This document shows positions 19,092-27,869 of a stretch of 45,837 nucleotides of DNA, in pieces. This DNA is from a virus (lineage: Duplodnaviria > Caudoviricetes): positions 1 through 45,837 of the IMG/VR virus record IMGVR_UViG_3300038318_000164. The stretch is one strand, 5' to 3'. The notes under the pieces are model-generated. The model was not told where the DNA came from and did not search any database. It worked only from the letters and a program-made list of their open reading frames with translations. The stretch's first letter is position 1. Every line of letters starts with the position of its first letter. Position numbers and translations under genes: made by a program.

Positions 19092-19227
19092 CTTATTCTC
19101 TCCTTAATTTTTATTATTGGTTTTATTTGACAATAATGATATTTTAAGGAGGTATTGGTTTTTTCATTGGTGTTTCCTACCTTTCTTCATATTTTATTTA
19201 TATAAAGAGGCTTTTTATCGCCTCATA

Positions 19228-19258
19228 TATTATATAGAACTTTTTATTCTTTTATAAA
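19228..19258 (-). promoter_or_regulatory. Phage-type promoter
   Basis: TTTATA-14 nt-TCTATATAATA. Confidence 0.55.
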
Positions 19259-19959
19259 GCTGGGTCAATAATATTATTTAATTGAAAAGCTATTGCTCTA
19301 TCGATACAGGTTCCACATGTGCCACATGGTTTATCTCCACCTTCGTAACAGCTCCAAGTTAATTGATAGGGAGTTCCAAGTTCTAATCCTTCTCTAACTA
19401 CTTCAGCCTTTGTTAGGTTAACTAATGGAGCTCTTAAATTTACCTTTTCATAGGTTCCAATATTAATAGCTTGCCCAATAGCATTTGTAAACTCCTCACT
19501 ACAATCAGCGTAGGCTCTTCCAGCTGAATCATCGGCATGGGCTCCTAAATAAATATCCACCATATCATTAGGATAAATAGAAACTGCCAATGACGCCACT
19601 GCGGATAGCATTAATCCATTTCTAAATGGAACATAAGTTCTAACCATTCCTTCTCCATTTTTCGCTATCTGCTCGGCATAACTTTCATGTACTATCTCTT
19701 CTGTACTCTGAGATAACAGTGGACAGTTGCTATATTTGAATATTGCGGATAAATCTAATTCATAATGCTTTACCCCATAATATTCAGCTATCTTCTTAGC
19801 GCATTCTAATTCCTTGCTATGTTTCTGTCCATAGAAAACAGATACAGTTGAAACATTCTCAATTCCTAACTCGTCTATTGCTATTGAAATGCAAGTGGTA
19901 GAATCTACACCACCACTGCTTAAAACAAGGGCTTTTTTATTCACTTTATTTTCCTCCAA
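19252..19959 (-). CDS. queC: 7-cyano-7-deazaguanine synthase
   Basis: SGGVDS PP-loop, YGQKH, YVPFRN, TWSCY...CGTCGTC. Confidence 0.95.
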   Translation of the reverse strand: MEENKVNKKALVLSSGGVDSTTCISIAIDELGIENVSTVSVFYGQKHSKELECAKKIAEYYGVKHYELDLSAIFKYSNCPLLSQSTEEIVHESYAEQIAKNGEGMVRTYVPFRNGLMLSAVASLAVSIYPNDMVDIYLGAHADDSAGRAYADCSEEFTNAIGQAINIGTYEKVNLRAPLVNLTKAEVVREGLELGTPYQLTWSCYEGGDKPCGTCGTCIDRAIAFQLNNIIDPAL

Positions 19960-19966
19960 TTCTTTT

Positions 19967-20878
19967 TTAAAATAAGGATAATCTCTTCGGCCCTGGGATA
20001 TACTTAATATTAGAAGCCTTTTCAGATAAATATCTTAGATGATACCTCAGCCTTGCTTTATAATCAACTTGTAATTCATCTAAGGTAAAACCATACTTAC
20101 TAATTGTTTTTTCAAAGGCGTCTTGATGAGTTGGAGATAAATGGGAATAATGCTCAGGCAAGCGTTTCGCTTTTTCACTAATAGCTATAATTCCAACATC
20201 AGTAGTTATATTTCCGTTTGCTCCTGTCATTATCCAGCTTGTGCTATCAGCACTTGTTATTGGGTAAGCCTCAAGTAAACTAAATGATGTCATTCCAAAT
20301 GCATGCACCTTAACTTTTGGATTACTTGATTTCATAATGATATTAAAACAACTATCCAAGAATGATTTCTTCGTTGGCATTGGTTTTCCTACCATACCTC
20401 CAAGGGCTATGTAAGGAATTGGTTGTCCATTATCATCTCTCCATTCAAGAGCCTGTTCTAAATAACGATAAGGTTCTCCGACGTGGAAAGTATATAGAAG
20501 ACCTTCAGGCTTTTTCATTCTTGGTCTCATATATAAATAGTTTTCCCAAGTGGCTGCAGCTGCTTCCTCAACTTGTTCAGGAGTATGCCCTTTAATAATA
20601 TCTCCAGGGATAACGTCTATCTGCCCGTATAGTTCAATATGCTCTGAATAAGTGTTAATGAAATCAATATATTCATCAACATCTATTGACTTTTGTTTTG
20701 TCCAAGCTGTAAACGCTCCGCTATCGATAAATAATTTTTTATTAACTGGTTTGTTTTCCAATAGTTCAATGAACTTAGAAAACTTCTGTCTTACATAAAA
20801 GTAACTCATTAAAATATTTCCTGGTTCATCAAATACTATATCCGTAAATGCTTCTGAACCTGCAAAGTATAAATCCAA
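19967..20878 (-). CDS. dpdA: DNA 7-deazaguanine transglycosylase (TGT-fold DpdA)
   Basis: FIDSGAF, DVIPG, FH.GE, IALGG, VHAFG, SADSTSW; adjacent to queC and polA. Confidence 0.8.
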   Translation of the reverse strand: MDLYFAGSEAFTDIVFDEPGNILMSYFYVRQKFSKFIELLENKPVNKKLFIDSGAFTAWTKQKSIDVDEYIDFINTYSEHIELYGQIDVIPGDIIKGHTPEQVEEAAAATWENYLYMRPRMKKPEGLLYTFHVGEPYRYLEQALEWRDDNGQPIPYIALGGMVGKPMPTKKSFLDSCFNIIMKSSNPKVKVHAFGMTSFSLLEAYPITSADSTSWIMTGANGNITTDVGIIAISEKAKRLPEHYSHLSPTHQDAFEKTISKYGFTLDELQVDYKARLRYHLRYLSEKASNIKYIPGPKRLSLF

Positions 20879-20900
20879 TACATCTACCTCCTCTCTGACT

Positions 20901-20931
20901 TATTATATAGAATTATTAGTCTAATTGTAAA
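20901..20931 (-). promoter_or_regulatory. Phage-type promoter for dpdA
   Basis: TTTACA-14 nt-TCTATATAATA. Confidence 0.6.
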
Positions 20932-23228
20932 GGTTCACCATACCATCTCTCGGTAATCTCTACATCGCATTTACTTGGAACGACTAAGTCCTTTGCCGCG
21001 TCTATCATTAATTGAGAGAATCTTTCTGCTACTTCCTTAGCATTTTCTTTTGGACATTCTCCTATTAATTCATCATGTATTGGTAATAATAATCTAAATC
21101 CTAATTCTTTTAACTTCTTATCATTACCGATTAAAATCATAGCAAGCTTTGTTTGGTCGGCCGCTGAGCCTTGAATTCTACTATTTACACATTGACGGGT
21201 TGCTTCTGCTATATATCCACCATTGTCCTTTATTAGAATTCCTTCAGCCTTGGCCTTAGCCTTAATAGCTTCTTTCTCTTTTCGGCTGTACGCTCTATTT
21301 AGAATATTTATATATTTCTGCTTAGTAGCTTCATCCACTTCTAATGGATTATCATCGAATTCATCTTCATCATCAAATAATGGGTCAAAGTCTTTTGGAG
21401 CTCCTCCAATATAAGTGAACTCATATGGTTCAAGCTGCATGTTTGGTAGTCTTCTTTTTCTTCCCCAAACTGTTGTTACAAAGCCATAATCTCTTGCCAT
21501 ACCTTCGCTTTCTTCCATAAACCTTTTAAGTCCAGGGAAAGAAACCATAACTTTGTCATAAATCTCTTGAGCTTTTTTCTTAGTAACCCCTAAGTCTTCT
21601 GCAATAGCTGCTACACCCTTACCATAACAAACACCAAGTACAATTGCCTTTGCGGCTCCACGTCTTTCCTTACCTTCAGGGTTTCTTGTTCCATCTTCCC
21701 TAAATTCTTTACATTCATCATAAGGCATATTATACGCAATAGATGCAATTTCTACATATAGGTCTTTGCCTTGCTTATAAGCATTTATCATTTTTTCATC
21801 TTTAGACATATGAGCTATTAATCTTGGCTCTTGGGCTGAATAGTCACTTGATATTAATACATATCCTTCACTTGCCCTAAACATTTGTCTTATCTCATCG
21901 TTATGGGATGGAATATTCTGCATATTAGGGTCGGATGAACTAAATCTTCCAGTATCCGCTCCTATCTGGTTAAAGCTTGCATGTATCCTTTTTGTTTTAG
22001 GATTTACAATGGTTGGCATTTTATCAATATAGGTACTTAATAATTTAGCTATTCCTCGATATTCTAATATAGCCCTAGCCACCGGATGGTCAATCTTGGT
22101 TAAGACTTCTTCTCCGGTTCCTCTTGGTTTTTCTTTATCCACAGGTTTAATTTCAAGGACATCATATAACATTATTGCTATCTGAGTTGGGCTTGATATA
22201 TTTACCGGATATTGTAATTTATTAGCAGCACCTTTCTTCTCTCTATAATTATCTAAGGCTTCGCCAAATTTGTCACATTCTTTATAGAATTTATCTTCTG
22301 CTTCTTTCAATTTTGCATTGTATTCCTTGGATAACTTTTCTGCAAATTCAAAATCAAATGCTATCCCGGTATCTTCCATCTCTGCTACTATGTTGATTAG
22401 TGGCATTTCTATATGATTAAATACAAAAGCAGGGCCAGTTAAATCTCTTTCAATGCAAATTGGGTCATTCTCTGTTAGGAATGGTCTTTGGAATTCATAT
22501 AACTCATAGGTTATTTCCGCATCCCTTGCTGCATATAAATATCCGGTATTAACTGGAATATGAGTAAACGGGATACCTTTGAATAAACTATCAAATGTAA
22601 ATGCATCTCCTTCACCTTTTAAACAGTATTTCTTATGAAGCGCTTTCAAGTTGTTTTTAGGCTCGTTTTCATTTAATAATCTTGCTGCTATATATCCATC
22701 CCAGTGAGGTACCAATTCAACTCCAAGTTGATTTTTAATTACTCTAATATCAAATTTAGCATTGAACATAATTACCTTGATTTTACTATCAACTATTCTT
22801 TGCATTTGCTTGGTTGCGAATTCATCTGATACCTGATTATCTATTTCAATTCCAGTTACATAGCTTACATGATGAAGTGGAATGTACACCGCTTTATTTC
22901 CGGGTGTATAAAGACATAATCCAGCAAGCGTACAAGTTATAGGGTCAAGGCTATTAGTTTCTGTATCAATGGAGATTACTCCATTCTTAATGCATTCATC
23001 TATATACTTTTCAAATTCAGCTTCATTCCTAATTATATCATAACTATCTGCATATTTTCCTAAGTTCTTGTTTACCATAGCACTTATGGTTGAGATTCGC
23101 TCCAATAAGCCTCCGCCACCTTTTATTGTTATCCCCACATTGGCTTGAGCTGTTTTTGAAGCTTTCTTTGCTAATAAAGAATCTCTCGCTTTGGTTGCCC
23201 TCGGCGAGAGATTAAATAATCCGCTCAT
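20916..23228 (-). CDS. polA: Family A DNA polymerase (3'-5' exonuclease plus polymerase, no 5'-3' exonuclease)
   Basis: DTET, FNAKFD, TGRFSSSDPNMQNIP, DYSAQEPR, KAIVLGVCYG, IQGSAAD, HDE. Confidence 0.95.
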   Translation of the reverse strand: MSGLFNLSPRATKARDSLLAKKASKTAQANVGITIKGGGGLLERISTISAMVNKNLGKYADSYDIIRNEAEFEKYIDECIKNGVISIDTETNSLDPITCTLAGLCLYTPGNKAVYIPLHHVSYVTGIEIDNQVSDEFATKQMQRIVDSKIKVIMFNAKFDIRVIKNQLGVELVPHWDGYIAARLLNENEPKNNLKALHKKYCLKGEGDAFTFDSLFKGIPFTHIPVNTGYLYAARDAEITYELYEFQRPFLTENDPICIERDLTGPAFVFNHIEMPLINIVAEMEDTGIAFDFEFAEKLSKEYNAKLKEAEDKFYKECDKFGEALDNYREKKGAANKLQYPVNISSPTQIAIMLYDVLEIKPVDKEKPRGTGEEVLTKIDHPVARAILEYRGIAKLLSTYIDKMPTIVNPKTKRIHASFNQIGADTGRFSSSDPNMQNIPSHNDEIRQMFRASEGYVLISSDYSAQEPRLIAHMSKDEKMINAYKQGKDLYVEIASIAYNMPYDECKEFREDGTRNPEGKERRGAAKAIVLGVCYGKGVAAIAEDLGVTKKKAQEIYDKVMVSFPGLKRFMEESEGMARDYGFVTTVWGRKRRLPNMQLEPYEFTYIGGAPKDFDPLFDDEDEFDDNPLEVDEATKQKYINILNRAYSRKEKEAIKAKAKAEGILIKDNGGYIAEATRQCVNSRIQGSAADQTKLAMILIGNDKKLKELGFRLLLPIHDELIGECPKENAKEVAERFSQLMIDAAKDLVVPSKCDVEITERWYGEPLQLD

Positions 23229-23977
23229 TAAAACTTATCCTGATTTCCTACGGTTCTGCGTCTACCTGTGGGGCGGGAAGTAGGCGCTTTATCTTCTGTC
23301 TGAGCAGATGCTGGGATTCTTCTTCTACCTACAGGAGCTTCATTTGTAGGCTCTCTTTTTGAAGTTGAATTTCTTCTATCATTTTTTGGGTTTCTTTCTG
23401 GCGGAGCTTGTTCTTCAACATCTTCTTCAAAGTATCCATTATCTAAGAAAAACTCCAATTCTTCATAAGATTTATCAAGAATAAGTGTTCCTAATAATTC
23501 TGGTACTTCTGGTAGGTCTTCTAAGGTTACATCATCTGTATCCAATGCATATGTTTCATAAGTAGTTTTAGTATCTCCCTTTTTACCATTTCTTTCAATT
23601 TCAAACGGAGTGGATACTAAAGGGTTATATCTTGCACAAAGACTGGATAGTTTACTAAAGAATGTTTTTCCTCTATCCCAAATCTTAACTTCTTCGGATT
23701 CTACATCGTACAGGATTACGAATAATCTTGCAAGGACTCTGAACCTGGCCGCACATAAAGGACAATCATCCAATGGTTGGTTATATTCTCTTAAACAGTT
23801 AACATAACGCTTCTTACCATCTACTTCAATTTCATGTACTGCATAACCTTCAACATCATCAATTGTATTATACATAAATCTTACAGTTGCTACATCTTTG
23901 TCATTCTTCAAGGAGAAGAATCCTCCACCACCTTGACCTCCGTAATTCTCAACTTCGTTAACATTAAATCTTGCCAT
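23228..23977 (-). CDS. Single-stranded DNA-binding protein (gp32-like)
   Basis: FFSLKNDKD..VRF, CPLC, IERNGKKGD..TTY, disordered tail; adjacent to polA. Confidence 0.65.
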   Translation of the reverse strand: MARFNVNEVENYGGQGGGGFFSLKNDKDVATVRFMYNTIDDVEGYAVHEIEVDGKKRYVNCLREYNQPLDDCPLCAARFRVLARLFVILYDVESEEVKIWDRGKTFFSKLSSLCARYNPLVSTPFEIERNGKKGDTKTTYETYALDTDDVTLEDLPEVPELLGTLILDKSYEELEFFLDNGYFEEDVEEQAPPERNPKNDRRNSTSKREPTNEAPVGRRRIPASAQTEDKAPTSRPTGRRRTVGNQDKF

Positions 23978-24101
23978 AATTTGTTTCCCCTTTCGTTTTT
24001 AAAGTTTTTGTATTAGTCAGCCTATCGGCTTGAACTCCGTGTAAATTAAATGATTTCCTAAATAACCAAATTGATATTCTTTGCATTAGCTTTCTTATCA
24101 T
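23964..24101 (-). CDS. Small basic hypothetical protein (45 aa, not in ORF track)
   Basis: MIRKLMQRISIWLFRKSFNLHGVQADRLTNTKTLKTKGETNYGKI with GGGGGA RBS behind a promoter. Confidence 0.4.
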   Translation of the reverse strand: MIRKLMQRISIWLFRKSFNLHGVQADRLTNTKTLKTKGETNYGKI

Positions 24102-24123
24102 CTGCTGAAATCCCCCCTATGAT

Positions 24124-24154
24124 TATTATATAGAAATTTTCTTAGAATCCTAAA
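24124..24154 (-). promoter_or_regulatory. Phage-type promoter
   Basis: TTTAGG-14 nt-TCTATATAATA. Confidence 0.55.
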
Positions 24155-24732
24155 GCTAATGGCATTAATTTTTCTCTTAACTTCTTTCTCATATTACTTA
24201 GGGTCATGACGCTAACCCCCATCATCTTAGATATTTCAGAATTGCTCCACCCATTTAAGATTAAACTGCAATATTGAAGTTCTTTCTCAGTTAAGTTATA
24301 TTGAGTTAGTGTATCCATAATTTCATCATCCTCGCAAGTAGCCGCTACTAAATCAAATCCATTTTCCACCATAACCTCATAACTATCTGAAAAGAATAAA
24401 GCCTTTCTCTTTTGAGTATTAAGTGCTTCTGTCTCTTCCCTAAATTTATTCATTAAGGTCGTTGTAAAGTATGTACTGAAATTAACTTGGCCACTTTTAT
24501 AGGTTTGTAAGCACATATCTAATTTCTCTAAGGAGAAACTTGCAATATCTTCATTGGTAAGTCCATAATACTTGGCCGAAATATTGATAATAAGCTTATA
24601 GGTTTTTTCAAATGCCAAAGCCAAGAGAGAGGGGTTTAAACTCTCTCTGTAGGCCTCAGCTATCTGCTCCAAGTTCATATTACGAGTATCCTCAATTATT
24701 AGTGTTGAAAGCATATTAAGTGTTCTTAACAT
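24142..24732 (-). CDS. Phage-encoded sigma-70 family factor (regions 2 and 4)
   Basis: Region 2 FSTYFTTTLMN; region 4 LTEKE...GWSNSEISKMMGVS...LREKL. Confidence 0.8.
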   Translation of the reverse strand: MLRTLNMLSTLIIEDTRNMNLEQIAEAYRESLNPSLLALAFEKTYKLIINISAKYYGLTNEDIASFSLEKLDMCLQTYKSGQVNFSTYFTTTLMNKFREETEALNTQKRKALFFSDSYEVMVENGFDLVAATCEDDEIMDTLTQYNLTEKELQYCSLILNGWSNSEISKMMGVSVMTLSNMRKKLREKLMPLALGF

Positions 24733-24779
24733 CTGTTTTCCCCCTTTAAAGTTTTCAGTTGTTTGAGTTTTCCAAGTTA

Positions 24780-25487
24780 CTATTTAGATGCTTTTCCAGC
24801 TTGCTTATTCTTCTGGAATTCTAAAGAAGCATCTAATAGTTTTGTTATTTTCTCTTTGTTTTCTTTAGTCTCTTCATCAAAATGAACTCTTGCATCAAAC
24901 ATATGATTCGTTTTCTTAAACTGTGTTAAATCTTGAACTGCCTTTGAACGCATCCATAAGGTAATACCCTTTTTGTTAAAAGTAAAGGCCATATACATTT
25001 TACCATCTACTTTTAAACTTCTAAAACTTGGTACCGTAGCTTTAAATACTTCTGTTCCTCTTTCAACCGCCAATTGTTCAATAAAAGCTTTTAATGGATG
25101 GTCACCTAAAATAGTTTCACGTTTTTGCTTTGATGCCTTTTCTGTCTTAGTTTTCTTTTCAGACTTTGTTTCTTCCTGCTTAGGTTCTTCTGATGCTGGT
25201 TCCTCATTAGCAGGCTCTTCTTGCTCTGCTGGAGTCTCTTCTTTTTCCTCGGCAGGTTCTTCTACTGTTTCAGTAGCTTCTTCCTGTATAGCCTCTTCAG
25301 CTACTTCTTCTGATTGAGGTTGTTCTTCTACCACTTCATCTTCCATAGGTTTCCACCATCTTTTTAGAGTTGCAGGACTAATCTTTCTTTCTTCTCCTGA
25401 TTCCTCTAATCTGATAACAACTTGTTTTTCATTCCCACTAACTAATTCTGCAATCTGACCATTTCGTACGGACTTATACTTTTTCAT
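24780..25487 (-). CDS. Early protein with long acidic E/P/A linker
   Basis: Two folded-looking ends joined by a low-complexity linker; directly behind a consensus promoter. Confidence 0.7.
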   Translation of the reverse strand: MKKYKSVRNGQIAELVSGNEKQVVIRLEESGEERKISPATLKRWWKPMEDEVVEEQPQSEEVAEEAIQEEATETVEEPAEEKEETPAEQEEPANEEPASEEPKQEETKSEKKTKTEKASKQKRETILGDHPLKAFIEQLAVERGTEVFKATVPSFRSLKVDGKMYMAFTFNKKGITLWMRSKAVQDLTQFKKTNHMFDARVHFDEETKENKEKITKLLDASLEFQKNKQAGKASK

Positions 25488-25551
25488 TTTAATACCTCCA
25501 TAAAGTTTTTTTAGTTTTGATAAGTTATTGTTAATCTCTTATCTTAATAAT

Positions 25552-25580
25552 ATTATATAACATATTATAAGCAATGTCAA
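25552..25580 (-). promoter_or_regulatory. Perfect sigma-A promoter
   Basis: TTGACA-17 nt-TATAAT. Confidence 0.85.
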
Positions 25581-25587
25581 GTCTTTT

Positions 25588-26583
25588 TTAAAACAATTCC
25601 TGAAGATTTTCAAACTCCTCTTTTTCTAAATCATTAATGTCTTTTCCTTCAGGAACAATATAAGAAGTAACTAATTTACTTCCATTTAAAGCTTTCTTTA
25701 ATCTTGCAGTGGCTCGTTGGCCGGCAATATCTGGGTCAAGTGCGGTTATTATCTTCCTACATCCAAGTTTTCTAAGCTGGTCATATTGATATTCAGTTCC
25801 TAATCCTAATAGAGCTACAGCTGGTTTTCCATAGACGTAACAAGTTAAAGCATTTAGTATTGATTCACATACTATAACTTCCTTTGCATCTTTAGGTAAT
25901 TCGTATAATCCATAAACTGGTTTATTAATTCCCTCCGGATAATGGAAGAATTTAATGTCAACACTTCTTCTTGCTATAAATAAAGTATTACCATTTATAT
26001 CTCTTACCGGGAATGTTAAACATCTTAATACACTTTTGACTTTTCCAAACTTATCTTTCAATTCAAAATGATTGTCATATCCCACATCAAATTGTTCTAT
26101 CACTTCATCCGTTAATCGCCTTTTATACATATAAGGATGATAATATCTGTATGAATCCAATTCCTCTTCTGTAATATAGTTGTTGGTTATTTTATTATTA
26201 CCCCTTTGCAGGTCAAGTATTATATCTTTTCTATTTTCTATAGAGATTGTTAAGAAGTTCTTTATTAGCCATTCTCTTCCAAATACACCATCATCATCTT
26301 TTCCAAAGCAATGACTTATCATCTGCTCCAAAGTAGCGGTATACCCGCAAGTAAAACAGTGAACTGTTCCTGCGGGCACCCCTTCTTTATTTACCGTTGA
26401 TATACCACATGATGGTTTTCTTTCCTGACCTTCAGCGTGAATTGGACAATTAAACTGTATATTTCTTGGCCCTGGTTTAAATTCTGCAAATCGCTGAATA
26501 CCGTTTAAAGCCAATTGTGTTTTGAGTTCATTTAGAACTTCCAGCTCTCCCGCTAATATTGGATTTTTATTTACATAAAACAT
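25588..26583 (-). CDS. dnaG: DNA primase (CHC2 zinc finger plus TOPRIM)
   Basis: CPIH...HCFTCG, VCES, DPDIAG, KDIND. Confidence 0.9.
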   Translation of the reverse strand: MFYVNKNPILAGELEVLNELKTQLALNGIQRFAEFKPGPRNIQFNCPIHAEGQERKPSCGISTVNKEGVPAGTVHCFTCGYTATLEQMISHCFGKDDDGVFGREWLIKNFLTISIENRKDIILDLQRGNNKITNNYITEEELDSYRYYHPYMYKRRLTDEVIEQFDVGYDNHFELKDKFGKVKSVLRCLTFPVRDINGNTLFIARRSVDIKFFHYPEGINKPVYGLYELPKDAKEVIVCESILNALTCYVYGKPAVALLGLGTEYQYDQLRKLGCRKIITALDPDIAGQRATARLKKALNGSKLVTSYIVPEGKDINDLEKEEFENLQELF

Positions 26584-27869
26584 TAAAACACATCCGTTCC
26601 ATCGTTGAAAGAATTTTTAATTTCATCAGCTTTCTTTTGTCTCTTTTCCGGCTTAACTGCATCTTCACTGGATGGGATATAATTGAATTGTCCTTTATCA
26701 ATATCCCAATAGTAAATCAGTTTTCCGCCGTTTATACCATCTCTATGTTTCTTAATTCCAAATTCAAGTCCTGCTCCGGTTTGTCTTAATGCTATTACTT
26801 TAGTAGCATTTTGGGCAATACCATCGCTATCCCTAATATTTTCAAGTTCCGGTGTTCCTTCGCTATCTGCATCTTTTACCCCGCCTCTATTTGATTGGAC
26901 AACTACTAATATAGGTATTCCAAGTTCAATACTTAAAGCCATTAAATCCTCACTGATATTAGTCAAGGAAATTGTTTTATTATCTCCTTTTTTGTATCTT
27001 TCATCTGTAAGGTAGGTAATACCGTCAATACCTAATATATCTAATTTATTAGTTTGACAAAAATGCTTTAGCTTAGTTACTGTTACCTTCTTTTGAAAAT
27101 CCAACGGAGTTGCTACAATAAATGGATTCTCTTTTGTTTTTAAGTCATTAATGTACTGTTCATAATCTGGTTCTTCTTTACCCCAAACTAAATTCCTATT
27201 TGAGAAATTCTTTAATAAGGTATCAAATCTATAACCTATTTTTGTTGGGCTCATCTCAGGGCTTATATATCCTACTCTATTTCCTATTTGCCAAGCATGA
27301 GTTAAAGTCTTTGTCAATACCCATGATTTACCTTGGCCAGTTCTTGCAAAGAATACTACAAACTCTTCACCTTTTGCCCATCCATTCAAGATGTCGTCAA
27401 GTTCTTCAAATCCAGTAGTTATATACCAAGGATTTTTTGCATTCATCTTTTCTAAATAAGTTTGGTATCTCTCATCGGCTTGACTAATTATATCTGTTCC
27501 CTCCGTAGTTGCAGCTATTTGTAGATTAGGAAGTTGTGAATGTAAATATTCCACCGCATCATTAGCATTAGTCTTTAGTAGCTCGGCCACTTTCTGTACA
27601 ACTTCAACTGATTTATAATACAGATGCTCCTCATATAAAGTATCTAAGAGATATTTATCTGACTCCGCAACCTCTATAAGATTAAAGTCATTAAACTTAT
27701 CTAAAAATGTTGCTTTATCAGGTACTTTACCATATTTGTTAAAATGGTCTATTATGAAATTAAATTCAGGTTCATAGCCAACAAAGTATTCTTCCGTAAG
27801 AGCATTCTTAGTAATTAATTGGATATCTCCGGTCTGTATTACTTTATTTAATATTTGCAATGTAATCAT
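26583..27869 (-). CDS. dnaB: Replicative helicase, DnaB-like
   Basis: ARTGQGKS, SPEM, IDGITYL, QSNR, DSDGIAQ. Confidence 0.9.
   Translation of the reverse strand: MITLQILNKVIQTGDIQLITKNALTEEYFVGYEPEFNFIIDHFNKYGKVPDKATFLDKFNDFNLIEVAESDKYLLDTLYEEHLYYKSVEVVQKVAELLKTNANDAVEYLHSQLPNLQIAATTEGTDIISQADERYQTYLEKMNAKNPWYITTGFEELDDILNGWAKGEEFVVFFARTGQGKSWVLTKTLTHAWQIGNRVGYISPEMSPTKIGYRFDTLLKNFSNRNLVWGKEEPDYEQYINDLKTKENPFIVATPLDFQKKVTVTKLKHFCQTNKLDILGIDGITYLTDERYKKGDNKTISLTNISEDLMALSIELGIPILVVVQSNRGGVKDADSEGTPELENIRDSDGIAQNATKVIALRQTGAGLEFGIKKHRDGINGGKLIYYWDIDKGQFNYIPSSEDAVKPEKRQKKADEIKNSFNDGTDVF

Noticed and set aside
19190-19227. GAGGC/GCCTC hairpin with A-rich tail as a preQ1-I riboswitch
   Set aside because: The loop (GAUAAAAA) lacks the conserved UUC...C ligand-binding residues and no pseudoknot partner is evident.
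25140-25345. Repetitive TTC/CTT-rich DNA
   Set aside because: Explained by Glu-rich low-complexity coding, not a discrete repeat array.
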